Below, in pieces: positions 13,457 to 24,365 of a stretch of 64,000 nt of DNA; within the stretch, counting starts at the first letter, position 1, and each line of letters opens with the position of its first letter. Source of the DNA: Octopus vulgaris (taxonomy: Eukaryota); NCBI GenBank assembly GCA_951406725.2, contig OX597836.1, forward strand, positions 48,298,001 to 48,362,000. Reading direction: 5' to 3'. The notes below the pieces were generated by a model that ran no database searches, had not been told where the DNA came from, and was given only the letters and a program-made list of their open reading frames with translations. The position numbers and the translations under genes are program-made.

Positions 13457-14671
13457 ACTGTTTTTGATTATGGAATTATTACATTCTGGCCTTCCATACT
13501 AAAGGTTAATGGCAGTAATTTCACAGGACGCATGTCTACCAGCAGTGCCCAACATTTGACCCTTTAGCATTTAAACTGACCACATCAGGCCCAAATATTC
13601 TACCTGTTTTTTTTTTCCAGACTAACCAGATCCAGCCTCTCACACATACCCTACAATGTCATTCTAATAATAAACAATCCCATCATAGAAATCTTGTAGC
13701 TTTGAGATTATGCATGATTAATTCAAAAGAATGCAGAGAAATAAGGATTGTATTTGATACGATCGGAATGCTACAATGTAACATTATTATTATTATTATT
13801 GTGGTTTTTAACACATCGTTACACCTCACCTGGCAATGACAACAGATGTAATGGGTATACTTTCGGTCATGCCAACGCATTTTAGATATGGTGACACACT
13901 TGACTCGATATATGGTTTCCAGTTCTGACCTTGTGCAAGTGTCTTCTACTGTAGCCCTGGGCTGACCAAGGCCTTGTCAGTGCATTTGGTTGATAGAAAC
14001 TGAAAAGAAGCCCATCACATTGTGGGCCTGCATGTGTGTGTCTTTGTTTTACTCTCTCCTTGCCTTTGCGTTGTGTGATAGTTGTAAACGAGTGTCACCC
14101 TCATACAAGTGGTGTCTTTCATTTCCAATCTGCCCTGAAAACATGTCTGTCCTTGGGGAAATATTTGCCTTACTTAGAAATGTGTGAGGGTTAACTACAG
14201 CAAAGGCATCCAGCTGTAGAAAATCCATCAACAAATCCATTCTGACCCATGCCAGCATGGAAAAGTGAATGTCAAAACATTGATGACAGGCAACATTGTT
14301 TTTAATACAAATGACTACTCCTCACATGAATCTTTGTTAATCTTGCTCCTAATAAACAACAACCCTATTTCTTTCTCTCTCCCTTTGAGTCCCCTCTATA
14401 TACTTCTTCCCCCACACTTTATAACATTCTTTCAAACAGTTTTATTATCATATCTACTCTGACTCGATCTTCTCAGCCATAAATAACATCACTTTTCAAC
14501 AGCGATATCAAGTTGAACACAGAATAATTACTCAAGCAGCAATTATTGCTCTGCCTATGAAAGTGAAATGCCTGTGAATTCTCCTTTCCAGAATATACAC
14601 TGAAAATCTGTTTACTTAAATATAAACGAGGCTATAATCTCTGATTTATTCATCAACAAAATATATTTTTC

Positions 14672-14870
14672 CATTTAGCATTTAATCTGGCCCAAATATT
14701 TTATGCTCAAACTGGCCAGATCTACCTCTTCCACCTACCCTACAATGTCAGTGTGAAAATATACAATCACATCATCAACATCTCAAAGCTACAAGATGAT
14801 AAATAATTATACACAATGTGAATAAATAAATGTTACATTGAACAGAATAATGTGAATGTTAAAGGGTCAA
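14672..14870 (+). mobile_element. Second piggyBac-type MITE family (related copy ~13560-13770)
   Basis: CC(C/A)TTTAGCATTTAA ... AATGTTAAAGGG-tcaa ends; internal sequence shared with 13560-13770. Confidence 0.5.
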
Positions 14871-17800
14871 TCCATTTTTACAAATCGGTAATTTTTTGAA
14901 ATCTCAGTCAAAATATTCTCCTCTTGTAGAATTAAGTTTATTCACTTGAAAGCAGAAACCATTTCCTCTCTTACTCAACAGCATAATTCTGCTAGATTTA
15001 ACTCAATCGACATTCTTTCACTCACATTCAACAATTATGTGACTATGTAGCATTTGACTCTAAATTATTAACATTCTTTTCAATTGAATAATATTTTATT
15101 CCGTTTATAATATTTGTGAAAATAGTTTATTGCAGTAAAAAGTCATGATTTTATTTTGTTTCTGTAAGAAAAAAGAACCTGTTTTTCTTGAGAACAAAAC
15201 AAAAAAAAAAGAAACCCCAAAAAACCTGTTTTTCTTTCTCCAACTCCAAATGTTCTTACATGACATTCAACTTGTTGAAATAATATCTTTTGGATCAACT
15301 CAACAGGAATGTATAATTTTAGAATAATTTTTAAGTCTCCATAATGCACACACACACACACACGCTGTTTTGTTTGTATAGTTACTGTAATGTGTATCTT
15401 CTGAATATTTCTTAAGAAAAAATTAATAAATAATGGCTCAATAAAAAAGAAAAATTGCCAACAGCAATATAAAAATTAATGTCTATATTCTTCTGGGCAA
15501 GTTGCAGACAGATTTCTCTGCTGCTGCTCATTGTTTTCATAGCAGGAATAAGACATTCAGAAAAAATGTTAGAAAAATATAAAATGGCATCCTTATTATA
15601 ATTCTAAGGAATCTGTTACCAAAAGCAAAAGAAAAAATTAAAATTTCCAGAATTCTTTATGGGAGCCAAAAAGATTTTTTTTCTTTTGTTTGTATTTTAG
15701 TTCTGAGACTAGCACTAAATTTTTGGATATTAATATACTTGTTGGTTCCATTTTATAAGAACTCATTCTATTGCTTGGCTATTATGGTCGACCATCAAAT
15801 TCTCTGATAATTGTTTCCATCAACTGTGGATCCTTTGATGATTCCAACCATCAGTGTACAGCTTCAGTTAGAAGCAAGTCATGGGAATATATTTGATTAC
15901 AGAGGCTCAGGTATGAACCTGCATGCAGGCCTTCTTTTCTCATTTCTCCTGGTAGGGCTAAGCACATTTCTCTTCCAATAGTGAGAACACCATAGTTCTG
16001 AAGGGTTCGTAGCAAAGCCTTCCACTTGACTTGTCTGTTGCTTTGGAACCATTTACAGGGTCGATTTAATCAACTTTCCCTCCTCTCAAAAATTGCTGGC
16101 CTTGTGCCAAAATTAGACACCAATTAGCTTTAACTGGGAAATTAGATTTACTGAAATAATTAATATTGCAGCTGTGCGATGTTATGGCTTTTCTAATTGA
16201 TATTTGATGTAGAAGTTTCTAGTAGTTTCAGGTGTGTTCTGTGTCTGGAACACTGATCTTAGAATGGTCTCTACTAGTATTCTAGATGACTGCTTGATGT
16301 ATCTAGGTATTCACAAGTGTTGTTTGGGTGTGTAGTGACTGGGATTGTGTGGGCTCAAATAGACTACATCTGTCAGTTGTTTTTCTCTGTTTGTTTAGGG
16401 TCGTAGTATGGCCTGCTTCTGTTTCACTGGAGCTTCAGCCATGACCAGAAATGTGAATTAACAGTAGATTACAATATATCATTAAATTATTTAGATCATT
16501 AAATTATTTGTGTGTATTTTTCCCTCAAGGAGTCTAAGGACAAGTTCAAAAGATTGAGGTGGGCTGATAAATGTTTATATAATTTAAGATGGACCTAATG
16601 CAGTACCAAACTGATTATCTGGCAGGCTTGGGGCCAGAAGTGTCCCAGACTTCTGGATTTTCCAGTCTAATCTTGAATATATACTTAAAATATAAAATAA
16701 ATTATGGAAAGTAAAGGACTAAATTGTTTTTAACAGATTCAAATTAACAAACTTCAAAAGCAAGGTCTTTTTGATATTTATTAATTCACTTAAAGTTTTT
16801 AAAATGTCTCTCATACTGTGCTTTGTGTTCAATATGCTTCTAGGGTGGGAATTAAAGGAAGGGAAGTAAAGAACACGATTTTATTTAACAGAAAAAGGGT
16901 ATAAATTAACCCATTTCTAAGGGTTTGATATTATTTATTAATTCACTGGCAGAACCATTGACCCACCAGACAAAGTGCTAAGTGACATTTTGTCCATCTT
17001 TATGTTCTCAGTTCAAATTCCACCAAGGTCAACTTTGCCTTTGATCCTCTTGGGGTCAATGAGTCAACTTCCAGCCGAGCACCAAAATGTCAGGCCTTTT
17101 GCCTGTTGTAGACAGAAATATTTATTAAGCCACATAAAATTCTTCAAATGTATCTGAGGTGGGATTTTTATGGCCAGGTATTCTTTCTTTTGCCGATACT
17201 TACCTGTTTCCAGGTAAGAGAATGTTGTTGTTTTTTTATTCCAGAGAAATTTGAAAGAGACATTATGTTGACATTACAGCTTGTAGCTATGCAGCAATGG
17301 TGATATCACTGGTTCTAGCTGCAGCCCATACGTGACAGGATTCTTTCAGTTTCCATCTACCAAATTCCCTCGCTAGGTATTGGTCAACTAGGGGCTGTAG
17401 TAGAAGATGCACTTACTCAAGGTGCCATGCAGTGGGATTGAACATGAAGCCATGGGGTTGAGAAGCCCACTTCAGTATCAGTGTTGTTAATTTGTGTATT
17501 TTTGCTATTATTATTGTGTCCTGTGTATTGAATGAAAGCTATCGAAGTATTGTTTGTGACACCTGCGACATTTGCCATTATGTGTGTGTTTATGAGAGAG
17601 TTGTTGGTTTGGTGATGTTCTGTATTTTCTGGCGTAGAAGTTGGCATGGCATTTAGTGTAAACATCCAAAGATCTTGTCTCTGTCTTTGGAAATCTTGCT
17701 GCATTTCACATGGAATTTTTGATCCTCCAAAGTTGTCTTGGTGTATAAAGACAACCTACCTTTTTTGGGGCTGTAAATATTGGTCTGAAAATTCCATTTG

Positions 17801-19276
17801 TATTTTGGAAATACAGTAATAATATCCTGGGGTAGATGAGATTGGTCAGTGTTTCAGTTTAGCAAATTATAAAGTGAATTCGTTCAGTTCTGTTGTTTAT
17901 TTATAGAGTGAAACCAACAAACAACATTGATTCTGTTAATTTTGATTAAAGTCTTTTTTCTTTTTCTCAATTTGGGACAAGTTTATTTGTCCTCTGAATG
18001 TTTTCATTAGAACTGACCTTTTAAAACTGATCACCAAAATTTAGAGAAGCCAAGTCAATTGTTATTCTGTCGACAGCCATAGAACTAACTCTGAGAGAGA
18101 ATTGGTGACCTCTTAACATTTTCAACGAAATTGTTGATAATTCTGTGTAAAGTGAAAATACTTTGAAAGTTTCACAGATTCTCATAAATTAAGCATTCGA
18201 GATAAAGTCAAATATAATTATCAGCGAGTTGTTTTGAATGGATACACACACACACACATGGTTAACAGGCTTGCTTTGCGACTCTGTAGTTGTGAGTTCA
18301 GTCCCTGTGTATGGTAGCTTAGGAAAGTGTCTTCTACTGTAGCCCTGGGCCAGCCAATGCTTTGTGAATGAATTTGATTGATGGAAATTGTGTGGAAGCC
18401 CACCATGTGTGTGTCTTGTGTGTATCCTCCCACTACTTGACACCAGGTGTTTATGTTTGGCAAAAAACACTAATAAAGTACCATATAGAAAAAATTAAGT
18501 GCTGGGGTCGATTTGTTCAACTGAACCCTTTTGGGCAGTGCTGCAGCTTGGCTGTGGTCCCATCACTGTGACAAGTAAAAGAAAAAGATATATTCTGCTA
18601 AAAAACAAGAAACAAAAAGAAAATCTTAAGAACCAACATAAAACATTCTTAAGAAAGAATTTGCAAGAAGTTCCAGAACAATCTGCTTGAATCTGTTGCA
18701 CTCCGTAGAAATGGCGGTAATTTTTCATTTGCCAATTGCCTGGGAGATCAATATGTGGCATTGATAGATTTTGTATTGATGACCGTTTAAACAAGAGATG
18801 AAAGTCACACTCCATATTTGAGAATTAACAGACATTGTTTTAATTGTTCTCGTGTTGCTTAGTAGTTTCTTTTTGTTTGTGAAATGTCTTTTATTTATTT
18901 TTTTTTAGATCAATAAGCATTCAGTATTCATATATAGGTCATCAATAATGATAATCAATTGATCAATAGAGGTTACGATAATATATGCAAGCACTGGACG
19001 GAAATAAGTGCAAGAGAGGATAGGGTCGCAGTACAGCAGCAATCTAATGGCTGGAATCAATAAAAACAAAAACATAAAACTCTGTGTGTGTGTGTGTGTA
19101 TTAATGTTTGTTTTTGTGTCAGGTTTATATATAAAATCAACATTAAACTGGTGTGCAAATGCTCAGACTAGATTTAATACTTAAAACAAAATGTCAAACG
19201 ATGGGAGATGAAATCCAGGTAAACAAGTGTTGGTTTCGGACAGGTTAGTGGTCAGGTGAATGAATGTATAACATGT

Positions 19277-19325
<49 letters not shown>
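19277..19325. repeat. (CA)n microsatellite
   Basis: Direct reading. Confidence 0.97.
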
Positions 19326-19326
<1 letters not shown>

Positions 19327-19395
19327 GAGCTGCAAGTGGCCAGTGACCTACATTTGGACAACAATGGTGAGTAAGAGTATATCAAATGCCAAAAT

Positions 19396-20120
19396 AAATT
19401 GCTTGGAACCAAGTCAACAATGAGAAGTGGGAGATGCTTTTACGAAAAAGACAATCTGATTGTCTGAAGACAACATAAATGTATATTCTACTTGTCTTTG
19501 TTTCATTGTCTTTTTCTGCTGGAGACAAGGTAGGACTACTGCTGTGCTGATGATGCCTATTGAAGCAGAAACATGTGTGAAATTGTCCTCTTGTTCCCAG
19601 AGACTGCTTTTTTTCCTTAATGGCATCTCAAGATTGCATTTTTCTCTCTCTCCTTCTCATTTGGAGTTGTTGATCTCCATTGCCACCAAGTGGTTGTTCT
19701 ATCTTCTCTGGAAGCAGAGATAATTTCAAGAAATCAAGAACCTGTCTTCTATGGTATTCAGGACATCCTTACTTGACTTTGTTGTCACTCTCCCATTATT
19801 TCTCTTCATTTTCGTTTCATTTATGCAAATGATTTGGGCCACAAATGCTTTGATTTTTTTGTCTAAATATCTCAGTTTGCTGGAGATAAGGTGGGGCAGT
19901 GCTGATGATGCTTATTGAGACAGAAACACATACCCAACAGTTGTCCTTTATCTCCAAACTATCAGATTGTCCTTTTATTGATGGCATGTCAGTTTTGGAG
20001 AAATCTTGATTCTGGAGTCTACCTCTCCTTCTCATTTGAAGATGGTCTCAGTTGCTGCCAAGCAATTACTCCATCTCCTCTGGAACTGGAGATAATTCCA
20101 GTGAATGAATTTATCTTGTA
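19396..20120 (+). repeat. Two 355-bp tandem units each with a decayed hammerhead core, preceded by an inverted partial unit
   Basis: CTGATGA at 19547 and 19902, GAAAC at 19568 and 19923; downstream unit sequences align; 19396-19475 is the reverse complement of the unit body. Confidence 0.7.
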
Positions 20121-20575
20121 AAGGTACTTAATATGCTGTTATTCGTCTTTGTTGTTGTTATTGTTGCTGTTGTGTGTGTGTGTGTGTATTCTTAGATCTA
20201 TGGAGTGACTATACACCCATATTAACGAGTGAAATTATTATTTCTTTTTCTTTCTTCAACTATATTTCATACACAGCAGAAAATCTTGTTCTGTTTATTT
20301 TGTGACGTGTTTGAGACCAGGTCTCTCCACCCCACCCCACCCCCAGTTTGGTAGTAACATCATCATTATCATCATCATCAAATACTACTCATCTGTTTAC
20401 ATTAGTAACAGCAACAACAATAATCTTCCTTTCAACCACACCTCTCATTCAATGTTGTATGGTTTGCAGTTTAGAGGCAGCAATATAAACGAAGCTAAAA
20501 ATATGGTTTATAGAGTTCTTTGTTTCTTTTGAGTTGGTGCATGAAACAAGATGGAAAATAAAGCAGATTTTAATA

Positions 20576-20877
20576 CAAATATGTTTGAGGGGTATTTGAA
20601 CCTGCAAAAGCTTTTCACTGCAGGTTGCTGAAGATAAAATGGTGTCAGAACATCATAGTCAGCTCAGAGCGCCCTCTGTTGGACTGGCAGCCAATGTCCA
20701 ATAAAGAAAGCAAAGCTTTCTATTTAGCTTGGAGTTGTCTCTTGGTGTCTATATGTCCACTAGAGGGCACTCTGAACTGATTGTGCTGGTCTAATGCCTT
20801 TTTGTTTTAAGCAAGAATTACTTTCTCCACAACAACTGCAGTGAAAAGCCTCTGCAAATATCTCTCAAACATATTTG
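20576..20877. repeat. ~300-bp imperfect palindrome
   Basis: CAAATATGTTTGAG / CTCAAACATATTTG, GCTTTTCACTGCAG / CTGCAGTGAAAAGC, TCAGAGCGCCCTCT / AGAGGGCACTCTGA, central AGAAAGC-aaa-GCTTTCT. Confidence 0.9.
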
Positions 20878-21107
20878 AACCAGTCTTAAGTTTGTATTCT
20901 TTCTCTATTGTCTCTTTTGAACTAAGATATTTTCTCTCTCTCTCAAGCTAAATTGGTTTCTCTCTCTTGTTACAATCTAAACTGAACATTGCCTCTGTCA
21001 AAGCTTTTGAACTTTTTTCTGATTATTATTTCTGTTGGCCCCTACCATTCCAATGGCTGTAGTAATCTAGTGATCCTTCCTTGGTGGAGTCTTTTGTAAA
21101 ATAAAAA

Positions 21108-21503
21108 CAGGAGTGGCTGTGTGGTAAGTAGCTTGCTAACCAACCACATGGTTCCGGGTTCAGTCCCACTGCGTGGTACCTTGGGCAAGTGTCTTTTATT
21201 ATAGCCTCGGGCCGACCAATGCCTTGTGAAGGGATTTGGTAGACGGAAACTGAAAGAAGCCTGTCGTATATATGTATATATATATGTGTGTGTTTGTGTG
21301 TCTGTGTTTGTCCCCCTGGCATTGCTTGACAACCAATGCTGGTGTGTTTACGTCCCCATCACTTAGCGGTTCGGCAAAAGAGACCGATAGAATAAGTACT
21401 GGGCTTACAAAGAATAAGTCCTGGGGTCGATTTGCTCGACTAAAGGCGGTGCTCCAGCATGGCCGCAGTCAAATGACTGAAACAAGTAAAAGAGTAAAGA
21501 GTA
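21108..21503 (+). mobile_element. tRNA-derived SINE family A, young near-full-length copy
   Basis: A-box TGGCTGTGTGGT, B-box-like GGTTCAGTCCC, internal (TA/TG)n, tail AAGAGT repeats; near-identical to 31268, 34748 and 50898 copies. Confidence 0.9.
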
Positions 21504-22326
21504 ATATTTCACATTTCTTTCTTTTGAGGTCAATCACTACCTTCTTCACAAAGGAATCCACCCTAAAATTACTACAAATCTATTACTAACAGATGAAGGT
21601 ACATGGCCTAGCGGTTAGGTTCGTTGCACTCACAATCTTGAGATGGTAGTTCCAATTCCCAGACCAGCTATGCGTTGTGTTCTTGAGCACATGTTGCTCC
21701 AGTTCACTCAGCCGTAAACGGATAACCCTGCAGTGGAGTAACCTGCTCACCTAACCAGCAGGGTGGTATCATTCGAAAACTAAATCGATTCAAAGCGCAT
21801 TGTGACCAGCGATGTATAACAGCCTCTAATAGTCTGGTTGATCACATGATTATGGGATATGACTAACATGAAACAAAATTACAACTGTGACCCAACGTTA
21901 AGAGCAGAAGGGAAAGCGTTAGAAAACCTCAGATTTTTAGGATAATGGTTGATTTACCACAATCAGTAGAGGACCAGTCTGTGAATTCTGCCATGGTCAC
22001 CTTGACCTTATGTTCTTCAAGTACCATTCAAGTATTTGGGTTGAGGGTACAATACAGTTGACACCTCCCTCAATTTGTCACCTTGTACCAATATCAGAAA
22101 TAATTAATGTCTGAAAGTCACATAATCTGTTGTCTGCTCTTTTCGTTGGCTGACATGGCACCAGCTTCCCTTCCCTCCATCTTCCTCATCTCTGCCACTT
22201 TTTCCCCTCCATCCTCCTCTTTTCGTTTCTCTCTTCCTGCCTCTCACTTCCAAACAGCTTTTTGTTTTTTACTTCCTATCTCTCAGCTGCAGTTTTCATT
22301 TTCACTCTTTCTCTCCCCTATCTGTG

Positions 22327-22328
22327 TT

Positions 22329-22380
<52 letters not shown>

Positions 22381-22404
22381 TATATATATGTGTGTGTGTA
22401 TATA

Positions 22405-22440
<36 letters not shown>

Positions 22441-22521
22441 CGTATGTGTGTGTATATGTATGTGTGTGTGTGTGTATATATATATGTATGTATGTATATA
22501 TATATGTATGTATATATGTAT
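22327..22521. repeat. Compound (GT)n/(AT)n microsatellite
   Basis: Direct reading; source of spurious VCVC/THTH ORFs. Confidence 0.97.
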
Positions 22522-22823
22522 AGCACTGAATATATTTCCATTGTCATCGTCACTTCCCTTTAGCTCCATGTCAATGGAATGAGACAATTTAACACAGCTG
22601 TTTGGCTGATGTCTTTTTTTTTATTTTTAAGAACAGCCTGGAAGATTCACTTACACGCACGCACACACGCACACACACACACACCACATACACCACACAC
22701 ACACACACACACACCAAAGTAAAAAACTGAAGTCATTAAAATATTAAAATGGAATTATCTCTCTTTGTATGACTTGAATACATAGCAAAAACCTGTTTTT
22801 GTTGTTGTTGCTTATTATTGTTG

Positions 22824-22866
<43 letters not shown>

Positions 22867-22878
22867 TATTATTATTAT
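22824..22878. repeat. (CAT)n(TAT)n microsatellite
   Basis: Direct reading. Confidence 0.95.
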
Positions 22879-23092
22879 GAAAGTGGTGAGCTGGCATATG
22901 TCAGATAAAATGCTTAGCAGCATTCTTTTCAGCTTTATGTTCATGATTCAAATGCTGCCAAGGTGAACATTGCCATTTGTCTTTTTTGTGTGGCGGGGGG
23001 TGTCAATAAAATAAAGTACCAGTCGAGTACTGGGGGTCAGTTTGATCAACTATCCCTCTCCCTAATTGATAGTCTTCCACCAAAATTTGAAA

Positions 23093-23131
<39 letters not shown>

Positions 23132-24087
23132 AGAAGGAGGTGTCCCTACACAGTTGATTAAATGAGTACCAGTTGACCCCTGACATCTGTGGAATCGACT
23201 GACCATCCTCCACCCCCTGCTGGCCTTGCACCAAAATTTGAAGCCATCATTTTTCAGTCTTTCATTTAATAATTACGATCACTAAATCACTAATTACGAT
23301 CTCTGCATCTTGTGAAGTTGATTGTTATGTAGAATTCCGAATAGATTTTTATAGGACCAAAGCATCTGATGCCAGACAGATTCTTTGCCAAATCATCTGC
23401 AACACATTTCTATCCCCTACACACACACACATGTGCACACACCCAGAAATATATAAAAAGCGTGTGTGGTTGTTGGTTAAATTTTCTTTGTGACTTGAAG
23501 TTTCAATTTCTATTTTCCATTTTAAAAAGATTACTGATTCTATATTCTGTTTTTTTTTTCTTCCCACCCAGGAGCTCTTGAATAACAGAACGAGGAGACT
23601 GTTTCACATGTTTGCACCTTCAACTCTTTAAACAAAAGCTGAAACACAGTTGTGTGATCCATGAGGATCCATGGAACTTGGAGCTGCATCAGACTAATCT
23701 CGGAATCACAATATATATACACACACACGCGCATATATATTTCTACAGAACTGAAGGCTGTGTATGTATGGGTGAATGAAAGAGATAATAAAAACATCGT
23801 ATAATTTTCAATGACTATTTTAAAATCATTAACCATCTCCATTCATTGTGATACACTCAATACATTTGCAATAATTTGGCAATCTCAATGATTCTAATCA
23901 TATTTTCTTGTTTTTCTTTTGGCCCCTTTTTCTGTTAATTCAAATAAATTCTACCCAGTCACCCCTATTTTCTTTTCATTTTTACTTTAATATTACTTTT
24001 TTTTCTTTTTTCTGAAGTATATTTATGTAAACAAAATAAAGATAATGTTTTATTGCAATTAATTTGCTTCAAAATGTTTCTGTAAAC

Positions 24088-24365
24088 CAGTGGTTCTCTT
24101 CCAGGGTCCATATCACTCTTAGGGGTCCATATGACCCTTCACGGCCCATTTAAGATTTTGTTATGAAAAGTTATCAGCAATAAATTGGTTCTATTTCTAA
24201 CAATGCTCAAAATATTTTAATATTTTTTTTCATATAATTCTTATTTAATTATATAAATATAATGATGATGATGATGATGGTAAGATTTCTAAAACATTGA
24301 ATAGCTGTGGGGATCCAGTAGAGTAAAAGAAGGGGTCCCTAGGCAAAAATGGTTGAGAGCCACTG
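24088..24365 (+). mobile_element. hAT (Charlie/Buster-type) MITE
   Basis: TIRs CAGTGGTTCTC / GAGAGCCACTG; degenerate 8-bp flanks ctgtaaac / gtttaaag with central TA. Confidence 0.65.

Noticed and set aside
22107-22587. Several 80-140 aa ORFs (VCVC, THTH, YIYI)
   Set aside because: Translations of a GT/AT microsatellite, not genes.
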